Positions 1 to 9,326 are shown, counted from the first letter of the stretch. The stretch is 56,399 bases of DNA from Dehalococcoidales bacterium (GCA_035529395.1 DATKWT010000058.1:1-56399); one strand, 5' to 3'. Translations and numbers: made by a program. Notes: generated by a model not told the origin, from the letters alone.

Positions 1-759
1 CAGATAGCTCAGATGCGTGTCCGGCAGAGAGAAGTGGTCCCTGTCATCCCTACCCGCGATGATTTCCATTGCCAGGGCTGCATCCCTGACGGTACGCGTT
101 ATCGGCCCGGTGACAGACAACCCCTCCCAGAGGCCCGGGAAGCCCGGGGAAGCGGGAACACGCCCGTAGGACGGTTTTATACCGAAGACACCACACAGGC
201 TGCTGGGAATTCGGATTGAGCCACCACCGTCACTCCCGATGGCCAGCGGCCCCATGCTCAGCGCCACAGCACAGGCTGCGCCACCGCTCGAACCCCCAGG
301 GGTACATTCAAGATTCCAGGGGTTGCGTGTCGGTCCAAATATGTCATTATCGGTCACGGCAACCCATCCGAACTCCGGTGTGTTGGTCTTCCCGATGACG
401 ATTGCTCCGGCCTTTTTCAGACGCTCAACGACTATTGAGTCCTGCTCCGGAACAAAGTCCTCGTACAGCCGAGAACCGCCGGTAGTGCGAATACCCCTGG
501 TGAAGACCAGGTCCTTGATGGACACCGGTACTCCATGCAACGGGCCAAGTTCCTCTTTCCTCAGTACTCTGGCTTCCGCCTGCTGTGCTTCCTTACGGGC
601 GCTGTCAGCGACCACAGTGCAGTAGGCATTCACCTTCGGGTTAAGCTGCTCGATACGGTCAAGGACAGCATTCACCACTTCTACGGGGGAAAGCTCCCCG
701 GCAGCAATCGCCTCCCGCATTTCCCATGCAGTCATACGGCAGATTTCCAGATTGTTCAT
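1..759 (-). CDS. Amidase-signature family amidase (N-terminal 253 codons; the rest of the gene lies beyond the window start)
   Basis: Not in the ORF track because it is open at the window edge. My minus-strand translation from ATG 759-757 reads MNNLEICRMTAWEMREAIAAGELSPVEVV...GKTNTPEFGW...CTPGGSSGGAACAVA...GSDGGGSIRIPSSLCGVFGIKPSYGRV. GGSSGG and GSDxGGSIRxP are amidase-signature motifs. A GGAGGG SD lies 4 nt upstream of the ATG. Confidence 0.85.
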   Translation of the reverse strand, partial: MNNLEICRMTAWEMREAIAAGELSPVEVVNAVLDRIEQLNPKVNAYCTVVADSARKEAQQAEARVLRKEELGPLHGVPVSIKDLVFTRGIRTTGGSRLYEDFVPEQDSIVVERLKKAGAIVIGKTNTPEFGWVAVTDNDIFGPTRNPWNLECTPGGSSGGAACAVALSMGPLAIGSDGGGSIRIPSSLCGVFGIKPSYGRVPASPGFPGLWEGLSVTGPITRTVRDAALAMEIIAGRDDRDHFSLPDTHLSYL

Positions 760-978
760 GGTTCCCTCCCCGGTTAATAACCTCTGTGTATAGCAGAAAG
801 TATAGACGATACCTCACCAGACGACAAGCGTTATCTGCCCGTCAGGAATACCCGTGCAAAGCACAGTATATAAACTGGTACAGCAGGCGGCTCTCCTCTC
901 CATCCCCTGCCCTGCAACCTGACGGCTGGGGCCTCGTTGCTTCCACCCTGAGCCCGTGTTACACTGGTATTTACGCCT

Positions 979-1959
979 ATGGACTATACTATCACCGATG
1001 AAACCTTCGACTGGTTTGCCCGTTTCTGGGAAAGCCATCGTAATGATTTACGTTGGGACACTCTCTTCGTGCTACCCCCATGGCTGAATGAATGGCAGCA
1101 GTCATTTGCTCCTGAGATACATCCTTCCTTCCTGGTTGGCCGAGAGGACGAGAACGTCATCGGTATTGCTCCACTGCTAATCTCGGAGGGAAAAGCCTCC
1201 ATTATCGGCAGCCCTGATGTTTGCGACTACGCGGACTTCATTACTGCCCCCGGCAAAGAGAGCGTTTTCTGCACTGCCTTGCTTAATACTATGAAGCAAA
1301 AAGGTGTCAGCCTCCTCGACCTCGGTTCTGTCCGACCTGATTCGGTGGTCATGTCTACGATGATAGAAACGGCACGGCAACTCGGGCACGAAGTATCCTG
1401 CCAGGAGGAAGATATCTCCCTGGAACGAGACCTGCCGCCCACCTGGGAGGAGTACCTGCAGTTCCTGAACTCCAAGCAGCGCCACGAGGTCAGAAGGAAG
1501 CTGAGAAGACTGGAAGAGACCGGTAGCGTGAACTACCGTTTCATCAGCGATGTTGAGTCTGTACCGGGATTCATGGACACCTTCCTGGAACTCTTTGGTA
1601 AAAGCCAGGAAGACAAGGCCGCCTTCATGACCGGTGAGATGGAGGGATTCTTCCAATCGATGATGGTGGCGATGTCCCGGGCTGGTCTGCTCAGGTCCGG
1701 CATCCTCGAACTGGACGGAGTGGCGGTGGCGGTAATCATCGTTTTCGACTACAATGGTATTATATACCTGTACAACAGCGCCTTCGATCCCGAGTACAGT
1801 CCGTTGAGCGTCGGAGTGCTCTCCAAGGCTCTGTTCATCAAGGATAGCATTGAGAGGGGCAGGAAGAGGTTTGATTTTCTCAAGGGCAACGAGCACTACA
1901 AGCACCACCTCGGTGGTCAGGAGGTCCAACTCTACCGCTGCCGGATCACTATTGCCTGA
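979..1959 (+). CDS. GNAT-fold acyltransferase of the CelD/BioF2-like (Acetyltransf_6, Fem-related) type
   Basis: 326-aa ORF. The C-terminal half has the family pattern (KQRHEVRRKLRRLEE..., ...LYNSAFDPEYSPLSVGVL..., FDFLKGNEHYKHHLGG). It ends 24 nt before the GT4 gene on the same strand. Confidence 0.75.
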   Translation: MDYTITDETFDWFARFWESHRNDLRWDTLFVLPPWLNEWQQSFAPEIHPSFLVGREDENVIGIAPLLISEGKASIIGSPDVCDYADFITAPGKESVFCTALLNTMKQKGVSLLDLGSVRPDSVVMSTMIETARQLGHEVSCQEEDISLERDLPPTWEEYLQFLNSKQRHEVRRKLRRLEETGSVNYRFISDVESVPGFMDTFLELFGKSQEDKAAFMTGEMEGFFQSMMVAMSRAGLLRSGILELDGVAVAVIIVFDYNGIIYLYNSAFDPEYSPLSVGVLSKALFIKDSIERGRKRFDFLKGNEHYKHHLGGQEVQLYRCRITIA

Positions 1960-1983
1960 CACCACGCGCGATACAGGAGTTCG

Positions 1984-3219
1984 ATGACCGTCCGACCGAT
2001 GAAGCTGGCTTTACTCTGCGCCCATAGCTGTCCGGTGGGCAACCTCGGGGCCAAGGACACCGGCGGTATGAATGTCTATGTCCGCGAATTGGCCAGCCAT
2101 CTCGGCAGTCAGGGGCACCTGGTTGACATCTATACGCGTGTCCACGACCCCAATGACGACCAGGTGGTGGAAATCAGCGATAACGCTCGTTTGATACACT
2201 TGCAAGCCGGTGACTTCGAGGACATTCACAAGCTGATGGTCTATGCCTACCTGCCGGACTTCGTCTGCAACCTAGAGGACTTCCGCCGGGAACACAACCT
2301 GTGTTATGACCTGGTCTTCAGCCACTACTGGCTCTCAGGCTGGGCAGGCAAGCTGCTGCAATGTTGGTGGAATGTCCCGCACATGACCATGTTCCACACC
2401 CTGGGCGCTGTCAAGAACGCTCTCGGTATCGGTGAGGATGAGCCGGAGCTACGCATCGAGGCGGAGAGGAACCTGATCGGGGACAGCCAGCGCATCATCA
2501 TCGCTACGGAGCGCGACAAAGCGCAGCTCATCGCTAACTACTCGGCCAATCCTGACCGGATCAGCGTTATTCCTTGCGGCGTCAACCTTGACCGGTTCCA
2601 GCCAACTGACACTGGCGAAGCCCGCCGATATCTCGGTCTCAGCGAGGAGGACAAGGTAGTCCTCTTCGTCGGCAGGATCGAACCGCTCAAGGGGATAGAC
2701 AGGCTGATACAGGCGGTAGGCCTGCTCAGGGACACGCCTAATCTGAAGCTGATCGTCATCGGCGGCGACGCGTGCAGTCGAGACGATGTAGACCAACTGA
2801 AGAGTCTGTGTCGCTCCCTCGGGATAGAGGACTCGGTCAGTTTCCAGGAACTGGTGAAGCAGGAGAGGCTTCCCTGCTACTACAGCGCCGCTGATGTTAC
2901 CGTCATGCCCTCGTACTACGAGAGCTTCGGGCTGGTTGCCCTGGAGTCACTCGCCTGCGGCACGCCGGTGGTGACCACCAGGGTGGGTGACATGGAGAAC
3001 ATCGTCATCGATGGCAAGACAGGCTACGTGGTGGCGGACAACACACCTGAATTGCTGGCCGACAGGATATCCCGGCTCCTTGCGAGACCGCACGGTGGCA
3101 ACAGCGACAAAGCCTTCATAGTGGAGTCGGTCGCCCGATTCGACTGGGCAAATATTGCCGAAATGATCGCCGAGGAGTGTGACCGAGTGCTTACCGACCG
3201 CCTGGTCGGTTCGGCCTAG
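1984..3219 (+). CDS. GT4 family glycosyltransferase, MshA-like (D-inositol-3-phosphate glycosyltransferase-like)
   Basis: 411 aa. The N-terminal pattern HSCPVGNLGAKDTGGMNVYVRELA...VDIYTR...HYWLSG...HTLGAVKN closely parallels actinobacterial MshA as I recall it. The C-terminal GT1 motif is PSYYESFGLVALESLACGTPVV. A CAGGAG SD lies 4 nt upstream of the ATG. Confidence 0.85.
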   Translation: MTVRPMKLALLCAHSCPVGNLGAKDTGGMNVYVRELASHLGSQGHLVDIYTRVHDPNDDQVVEISDNARLIHLQAGDFEDIHKLMVYAYLPDFVCNLEDFRREHNLCYDLVFSHYWLSGWAGKLLQCWWNVPHMTMFHTLGAVKNALGIGEDEPELRIEAERNLIGDSQRIIIATERDKAQLIANYSANPDRISVIPCGVNLDRFQPTDTGEARRYLGLSEEDKVVLFVGRIEPLKGIDRLIQAVGLLRDTPNLKLIVIGGDACSRDDVDQLKSLCRSLGIEDSVSFQELVKQERLPCYYSAADVTVMPSYYESFGLVALESLACGTPVVTTRVGDMENIVIDGKTGYVVADNTPELLADRISRLLARPHGGNSDKAFIVESVARFDWANIAEMIAEECDRVLTDRLVGSA

Positions 3220-4130
3220 TCCAGGGACTTCTCATACCACAGGCTGGTGTCCCTGTGTGTAAAGCCGACCGACTGATAGAGGGCGCAGGCGACAGTGTTC
3301 TCGCTATCAACGGTGATTTGAGCTGTCTTGAAGCCCTTCTCTTTGAGATAGGACAGCCCGTCCAGCAGTAGCTCCCGGCCAAGACCCTTCCCACGGTAGT
3401 CCGGGTCAACACCGAGCATGCCAATCCTACCCCAGATCTTACCCCTTCCGTTCTCCTGTATCCTTACCCAGCAGTACCCGACGGGTCTCTCTCCATCCAT
3501 AGCAATGCGGACGCCTTCAGTAGCACTGCCGTTGTGAGTAGCGTAGCTTATCTCTTCAGTTGTATTGGGACTGAACCCCCAGGTGCCGGTGAATGAACGA
3601 TTCTGAATGTCGGTCAGTATATGCACCTCGTCAGTGCCCAGGGGACGTATCGGCAACGCACTCCGGACCGGCTCGGGCAGCCGCACCGGGTCCACTATAA
3701 GCTCTATCGAGCGGCGTATGACCTGGAAGCCAGCCTGTTCCAGGACCACTCGGGCCAATGCATTTTCATCCCGTACATTCACGTGGGCTACTTCTATTCC
3801 CAGGGCTATGGCCCGCACAACTGCCTGCTGGAATAGCCTGTGTGCCAGACCACGCCTGCGGTGTTGTGGTCCAATCAGACAGTCCAGGACCACCCGGCCT
3901 ATCTTCGGCTCAGCGTTTATGTCCAGGTAACCCACCAACTCACCACCTTTATCAGCGACAAACAGGTCGTGCTCCGGTGTATAGCCCGGTCGGTCGAGAC
4001 TCTCCCGTATGACGTCTGGAGACAGGTAGCCTGTATCGGGTGACAACTCGGCGGAGTCGTTCCTCAGACGCACGAAAGAGTGAATATCCTCAGGGCGGTA
4101 GTTCCGAATTATGTAGCCACTATCAAGCAT
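3216..4130 (-). CDS. Tandem-GNAT acetyltransferase, MshD (mycothiol synthase)-like architecture
   Basis: 304 aa with two GNAT cores (QHRRRGLAHRLFQQAV... and DYRGKGLGRELLLDGLSYLKEKG...). Length and two-domain layout match MshD. Its stop overlaps the convergent GT4 stop by 4 nt. Confidence 0.75.
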   Translation of the reverse strand: MLDSGYIIRNYRPEDIHSFVRLRNDSAELSPDTGYLSPDVIRESLDRPGYTPEHDLFVADKGGELVGYLDINAEPKIGRVVLDCLIGPQHRRRGLAHRLFQQAVVRAIALGIEVAHVNVRDENALARVVLEQAGFQVIRRSIELIVDPVRLPEPVRSALPIRPLGTDEVHILTDIQNRSFTGTWGFSPNTTEEISYATHNGSATEGVRIAMDGERPVGYCWVRIQENGRGKIWGRIGMLGVDPDYRGKGLGRELLLDGLSYLKEKGFKTAQITVDSENTVACALYQSVGFTHRDTSLWYEKSLD

Positions 4131-4216
4131 TCCGTAGTAATCTCCCCTCGTGAGAATTGTGTCCGCTCCCTCGGATATTATACAATATATGTTTGTACTT
4201 AGTTCAGAGGAGATTT

Positions 4217-4918
4217 ATGGATACTGTAAAACCTGTTCATGCATTAGTGTTCACACCACATCCGGACGATGCCGAGTTCGGCGTGGCCGGTACGGTGGTT
4301 AACTGGGTGAGGGAGGGCAAGGATGTTGTATACGTCGTCTGCACCAACGGAGACAAGGGCACCAGCGACCCCGACGTGGACCCGGCAGAGCTAGCCAGGA
4401 CCCGTGAGGAGGAGCAACTGGCGGCGGCGGAGTTGCTGGGTGTACGTGAGGTGGTATTCCTGCGATACCCGGACGCGGGATTGGAGGATACCCCCGAGTT
4501 CCGAAAAGAGCTTGTGCGCATGATACGGAAATACCGGCCGAATACCGTGGTTACCGCCGACCCATACCGCAAGTACATCTGGCACAGGGACCATCGGATT
4601 GTCGGGCGGGTAGTCATGGATGCCATCTTTCCCTATGCCAGAGACGTCCATGCCTATCCTGACCTGCACGAGCAGGGCTTCGAACCACACCGGGTCAGAG
4701 AGGTCCTGCTGTGGGGCTCACCGGACACCAACTACCACCTGGATATCACCGATACCTTTGATATCAAGTTAGCCGCCCTGGCCTGTCATAAAAGTCAGAT
4801 AAACCCTGACCGCTTCCCCGAGATGGAGCAACGCATGAGAGAGCGCTACCGCCTTATGTCGGAGGGCTCGGGGTTCGAACTGGCCGAGGCATTCCACCGT
4901 GAGGAGCTCTGGCGGTAG
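4217..4918 (+). CDS. PIG-L/LmbE family deacetylase (MshB/BshB-like)
   Basis: FTPHPDDAEFGVAGT is the diagnostic PIG-L zinc motif, followed by DHR...H further on. I chose the ATG at 4217 (MDTVKPVHALVF...) because an AGAGGAG SD sits 4 nt upstream. The track's longer 4157 start has none. Confidence 0.85.
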   Translation: MDTVKPVHALVFTPHPDDAEFGVAGTVVNWVREGKDVVYVVCTNGDKGTSDPDVDPAELARTREEEQLAAAELLGVREVVFLRYPDAGLEDTPEFRKELVRMIRKYRPNTVVTADPYRKYIWHRDHRIVGRVVMDAIFPYARDVHAYPDLHEQGFEPHRVREVLLWGSPDTNYHLDITDTFDIKLAALACHKSQINPDRFPEMEQRMRERYRLMSEGSGFELAEAFHREELWR

Positions 4919-4940
4919 GCAGTTCAGCCATTACCAGGCA

Positions 4941-5579
4941 CTAGGAAGACAGCCAGAGCACATCACCGCACAGGTTCGGAGTGTGACTCCGCGATTTGAA
5001 AACGGCGATTTCTTCTTTTTCTTTCTTGAGCACAGTCGGGTCACCATGCCCCGAATACACTTTGGTATCGTCGGGCAGTACCAGCAGCTTATCAGTTATT
5101 GACTCGACTATCTGCCGGAACGCGTCCGGTGACCCTGTCTTACCCGGCCCCCCGGGGAATAGCGTATCCCCGGATACGAGGTGTTTATCGGTATAGAAGC
5201 AAATTCCCCCGGGTGTATGGCCCGGTGTGTGCAGTACCTTGAGCTCTATCTTGCCGAAGGAAACGATATCGCCATCGTTGAGCAGGATATCCGGCGACGA
5301 AGGCAAGGCATCCAGAGGATGAGCGGCCACGGGAATCTGCAACTGCGAACGTAACTGAACAAGGGCACCAAGGTGGTCGAAGTGATTGTGCGTTATCAGG
5401 ATATACCTGGGGCTGGTACCCTTTGCCTGCTCCAGAATCTTACCGGCATCTCCGGGGGCATCGACGATAACGCTGTCCCCGGTCTCCTGACAGACGAGTA
5501 AGTAGGCGTTGGAGACCATTCCACCACCGACATCAAGCTGCACAATCTTGATACTGCTGTCTTCAGCTACAACTGGCAT
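4941..5579 (-). CDS. MBL-fold metallo-hydrolase, glyoxalase II (hydroxyacylglutathione hydrolase)-like
   Basis: 212 aa with the ITHNHFDHLGA (HxHxDH) motif, a later HTPGHTPGG motif, and GloB-like size. A GGGAGG SD precedes the ATG. Confidence 0.8.
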   Translation of the reverse strand: MPVVAEDSSIKIVQLDVGGGMVSNAYLLVCQETGDSVIVDAPGDAGKILEQAKGTSPRYILITHNHFDHLGALVQLRSQLQIPVAAHPLDALPSSPDILLNDGDIVSFGKIELKVLHTPGHTPGGICFYTDKHLVSGDTLFPGGPGKTGSPDAFRQIVESITDKLLVLPDDTKVYSGHGDPTVLKKEKEEIAVFKSRSHTPNLCGDVLWLSS

Positions 5580-5689
5580 TTCACTAACCTCCCGTCTTGC
5601 AGCTATGCACCGCCCGGATAGGGAAGAATGCAGGATTTACCGAGCCGACCGATGCATACTATGATAGCAGTATATTACCACAGCAGGTG

Positions 5690-5727
5690 AGATAAAATAA
5701 GAAAGGCCTCCAAAAAGGAGACCTTCT
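5690..5727 (-). terminator. Rho-independent terminator downstream of the small membrane protein gene
   Basis: The minus strand reads AAGGTCTCC-TTTTT-GGAGGCCTT followed by TCTTATTTTA, a roughly 9-bp stem with one mismatch plus a T-rich tail. Confidence 0.6.
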
Positions 5728-5888
5728 GCCATCACAACTAAACAATATTATACTACACCCATAGGCCGGTTGTCAAATTTCCGAACGTGTTTCATGTAAA
5801 TGGCTGCGTTCAAGGGGCTTCCGGAGATAGCAATATACTGCATAGTCCAACGTATAGCTTCAGAGCTTTGTAAACAAAGTATTCCACA

Positions 5889-6224
5889 CTATTCAAACTC
5901 GTCTTTAGATAGAGCTATAAGTATGATGGCCGGTATTCCCAATGGAAGCACCGACAATGTACCTGCAATTGAACCGGCAAGTGACCATTTCCACTTCTTT
6001 CTCTGCATGGCAAGAACCCCACCTGCCAGAGCAAGTACCCCGATAACAATTGACAGAACAGGTACTCCAAAGATAATGCTCGGTACAAACGGAGGTATAT
6101 CTCCCTTACCAAGTCCGCTTATATTGCCAAGCCCAACAGCATAGTTGACAGCCCCTAATGAAGCAAGAGCTCCGGAGACTATTGTCAGGATTCCGCCAAT
6201 CACAGGCCTGCGTGTTTTTTTCAC
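5889..6224 (-). CDS. Small integral membrane protein (3-4 predicted TM helices), unknown function
   Basis: Hydrophobic segments include PVIGGILTIVSGALASLGAV, IIFGVPVLSIVIGVLALAGGVLA and LAGSIAGTLSVLPLGIPAIILIAL. The GTG start at 6224 is preceded by a GAAGGAAG SD. The track's longer start (6269) lacks one. Confidence 0.6.
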   Translation of the reverse strand: MKKTRRPVIGGILTIVSGALASLGAVNYAVGLGNISGLGKGDIPPFVPSIIFGVPVLSIVIGVLALAGGVLAMQRKKWKWSLAGSIAGTLSVLPLGIPAIILIALSKDEFE

Positions 6225-6420
6225 ACTTCTTCCTTCAGTGAAAGTAATGTAGAGCATACTGCAAAGCATTCTGTAAATATCGTGCCATCACTGGCAATTC
6301 CGTCTTTGTGCAGCACCCGAACAGGTGGCCATTCATCGTGTTACATCGCACCTCGCCCGTATGATGTGGGATGGTCAGCCTTACTGCCATCACCTCGTTT
6401 ACTGACCTGGAGAAGTGGCA

Positions 6421-7722
6421 CTACCGACCGTGGCAGTTCTTGAATTTAAGTCCGCTGCCGCAGGGGCAGGGGTCGTTGCGCTGTGCCGTAGCGAACCTCA
6501 TATGGAGCCGAGCGTCCTGCTGTGCTATTACGTACATTATGTTTGCCGGGGAACGGCCTTCCCGTAACTCCTCGGCCATGTACTGCATCGTCGGACCAAT
6601 ATGGGCAAACAGGTCCCGGTATCCTTCGCACAGGTAGTTCAGCCCCGGTTCACCGTCCGGTGTGGAAAGAATGCGGTTCTTGGGGCAACCGCCGTTACAA
6701 ATGAACTTTACACTGCATTCACGACAGTACCCGGGCAGAGAATCACGCTTGGCATGACTGAAACGGACCTGTTGCTCCGACGTTACCAGTTCAGTAAGGT
6801 CTCGCGAGCTAATGTTGTCCAGGTAATAACGCGGCTCCACGAAATGGTCGCACGAATAGAGGTCACCGTTATGCTCCAGTACCATGGCGGTGCCGCAGGT
6901 CTCATCGAAGATGCACAGACCGGGGCTTTCTCCCGCCCAGGCAGCAAGGGCAACATCGAATATCTGCACGAAGACCGTCCCGACATCACGCCGGACCCAC
7001 TCATCAAAGATAGTCTTCAGGAAAGAGCCGTACTGCTTTCCCGTGACCGAGTGCGGTGTCAGGGCATTACCTTCCTGAAAGCCGGTCTCGTTGTCCCTCA
7101 GGACGATAGGAATGAACTGCATGAAGTGCGCCTCCACCTTGCCACGCAGGAACCGGTACACCTCAAGCGGGTAGTCAACATTAGCGGCATGAACACAGGT
7201 TAACGTGTTGAAATCAACGTTGTGCTTGTTTAGATACTCCACACCGGCCATTACCCGGTCAAGGGTCGGCTGGCCCCCTTTATCAACCCGGTAGGCATCA
7301 TGCATTTCATGAGGTCCGTCAATACTGATACCGACAAGGAAGTCATACCTCTTGAAGAACCGGCACCACTCGTCATCGAGGAGAACCCCGTTGGTCTGCA
7401 CAGCATTCTTGATTATCATGCCCGGCCGACTGTACTTCTGCTGGAACTGTAGCGCACGCTCAAAGAATTCCAGTCCTGCCAGCAGCGGCTCACCACCCTG
7501 CCAGGCAAAGGTCACCTCCGGTACCTGCTGCGCCCTGATATACTGGCGAGTAAACGCCTCGAGCATGTCATCATCCATACGGAAGTCGCCATCGGGGTAG
7601 AGCTGCTCCTTACGCAGGTAGTAGCAGTACTGGCAGTCAAGGTTGCATACCGCACCACGCGGCTTGACCATCACGTTGAAAGCCAATGGTGACCGCGAGT
7701 TTTCTCCCTGCCTTGCATTCAC
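6421..7722 (-). CDS. Radical SAM/SPASM anaerobic sulfatase-maturating enzyme-like protein with C-terminal SEC-C motif
   Basis: CNLDCQYCY (CX3CX2C) lies near the N-terminus. Cys-rich SPASM-type motifs follow (CIFDETCGT, CDHF, CRECSVKFICNGGCPKN). The extreme C-terminus, DPCPCGSGLKFKNCHGR, is a SEC-C zinc motif. Confidence 0.8.
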   Translation of the reverse strand: MNARQGENSRSPLAFNVMVKPRGAVCNLDCQYCYYLRKEQLYPDGDFRMDDDMLEAFTRQYIRAQQVPEVTFAWQGGEPLLAGLEFFERALQFQQKYSRPGMIIKNAVQTNGVLLDDEWCRFFKRYDFLVGISIDGPHEMHDAYRVDKGGQPTLDRVMAGVEYLNKHNVDFNTLTCVHAANVDYPLEVYRFLRGKVEAHFMQFIPIVLRDNETGFQEGNALTPHSVTGKQYGSFLKTIFDEWVRRDVGTVFVQIFDVALAAWAGESPGLCIFDETCGTAMVLEHNGDLYSCDHFVEPRYYLDNISSRDLTELVTSEQQVRFSHAKRDSLPGYCRECSVKFICNGGCPKNRILSTPDGEPGLNYLCEGYRDLFAHIGPTMQYMAEELREGRSPANIMYVIAQQDARLHMRFATAQRNDPCPCGSGLKFKNCHGR

Positions 7723-7841
7723 TTATCCGACCTCCCAACAGACTCGACAGTTACTGGACCAGCTCTGCGTCACGCCTTATGGACAGAACACTGGATTCCT
7801 GTCAAGAGTCATTTTAACTGCATATTCAGAATCTTGGATTC

Positions 7842-9326
7842 CTACCGACCCACCGAATATACCAGAGCCGTCACCGAATGCGGCTCGAATGTGTAGGTCA
7901 TGGAAGGGCCTTCAACAACGAGAGAGCTCTCGCGCGTCATTACCTGGTCTGGCGTGTCGAAGGTGTTTTCCGATTTGATGTCCGTACCATTGACCACATA
8001 AGCACGAGCATCCCCGGCAAAGCGGCCGTCAAACAGTGAGATGGTCGTCTCCATCGGTTGGGTCCTGCTTCGGTTGACAACGTAGAGGACCAACTCCTTC
8101 TTCTTTTCGTCAATAGTCGCCGAGACGTCAAGTATGCGGACACCCGTGCGCCTCCCGCCAGTGAACGTTTCCCCCTCCCACCATACATCGAGCGCCGCCG
8201 GTCCACAAGTCCGACTGTACATCTCGAAGGGGTAGAAGATTGTCTGCAACACCAGGCCATCCGGTCTGGTGAAGATGGGAGCAATCACGTTCACAATCTG
8301 GGCAAGGTTGGCCATTCGCACTGTGGAGGCGTGCCGTACAAAGGCATTCAGGTGCGTCGCCACAACCAGCGCATCCTCCAGGTTGTAGGTCTCCTCCAGC
8401 TGGTTCCTGTCTTTTGGCCCGGTGTCAGATGACGGGCGTTCCCGGTACCAGACGTTCCACTCATCAACAGCGATATGGACCGGTCGCCTGATGCCCCTCT
8501 CGATGCAGACAACTCGGATCAGGCCTTCATAGGCGCAGAGACGCTCCTCGATGAACTCAGAGCGGGCCATATAGAAGGTGAAGTCGTCCTGCGGATTGCC
8601 CACATACCAGTGCAGGGCCATATAGTCAATCAGGTCGCCCGCCTGCTCCAGGAGCAGCTGCCCACGCTCCACGAAGTCCTCTCCCCAGAGCGAGACCGCC
8701 GATGCAACCAGCTTGATGTCCGGGTCCACCCACTTCATCACCTTGCCGAACTCGGCAAAGGCCCGCGCGTATTCCTGCGGAGTCTTGTGGCCGATCTGCC
8801 AGGGGCCGTCCACCTCGTTGCCGATACCCCAGTACCTTACCTTGTGTGGTTCTGGAAATCCGTGCTCATGCCGCAACCTCACCAGGGCTGAGTCCTGCGT
8901 GCCGTTGCAGTATTCCACCCAGTCACGGGCCTCCCTCATATCGCCGTCACCGCAGTTGACCACGAGATACGGTTCTGAACCAAGCTTGCGACAGAAACGG
9001 ACAAACTCGTCGGTCCCGAAGTGATTTGGGTCAGTGACAAACCAGGCAAGGTCAGCCCGGGCGGGGCGTTCCGGGACCGGTCCAATTCCATCCCGCCAGC
9101 GGTATCCAGAGGCGAAATTCCCGCCGGGATACCGTATCAGCGGCATCCGCAGCCGGCGGAGAGCATCGAGCACGTCGGTCCGCAGACCGTGCTCGTCGGC
9201 TAATGGAGAGTCCGGCTCGTAGATTCCGCCGTAGATACAGCGGCCCAGGTGTTCCGCAAACCCGCCGAAGATGTTGCGGTCGATTGCGCCCAGGGTACGT
9301 TCCAGATCGATTCTTATGCTGTTCAA
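7842..9326 (-). CDS. abfA: GH51 alpha-L-arabinofuranosidase
   Basis: 494 aa. N-terminal IDRNIFGGFAEHLGRCIYGGIYEP and WGIGNEVDGPWQIGH (catalytic NE) are typical of AbfA/GH51. Confidence 0.85.
   Translation of the reverse strand: MNSIRIDLERTLGAIDRNIFGGFAEHLGRCIYGGIYEPDSPLADEHGLRTDVLDALRRLRMPLIRYPGGNFASGYRWRDGIGPVPERPARADLAWFVTDPNHFGTDEFVRFCRKLGSEPYLVVNCGDGDMREARDWVEYCNGTQDSALVRLRHEHGFPEPHKVRYWGIGNEVDGPWQIGHKTPQEYARAFAEFGKVMKWVDPDIKLVASAVSLWGEDFVERGQLLLEQAGDLIDYMALHWYVGNPQDDFTFYMARSEFIEERLCAYEGLIRVVCIERGIRRPVHIAVDEWNVWYRERPSSDTGPKDRNQLEETYNLEDALVVATHLNAFVRHASTVRMANLAQIVNVIAPIFTRPDGLVLQTIFYPFEMYSRTCGPAALDVWWEGETFTGGRRTGVRILDVSATIDEKKKELVLYVVNRSRTQPMETTISLFDGRFAGDARAYVVNGTDIKSENTFDTPDQVMTRESSLVVEGPSMTYTFEPHSVTALVYSVGR

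Noticed and set aside
239-777. Plus-strand ORFs at the window start (13..219, 216..398, 239..625, 535..777)
   Set aside because: They are antisense to the strongly supported partial amidase gene (1..759, minus strand), which the track omitted only because it is open-ended.
1177-1965. Long antisense ORFs opposite well-supported genes. These include 1177..1965, 8475..8891, 34328..35158, 37408..38040, 42683..43426, 46501..47013, 49569..50192 and 54010..54834.
   Set aside because: They are shadow ORFs, typical of GC-rich coding DNA. They are Arg/Gly/Pro/His-rich with no recognisable motifs, while the opposite strand carries clear family signatures and SD sequences.
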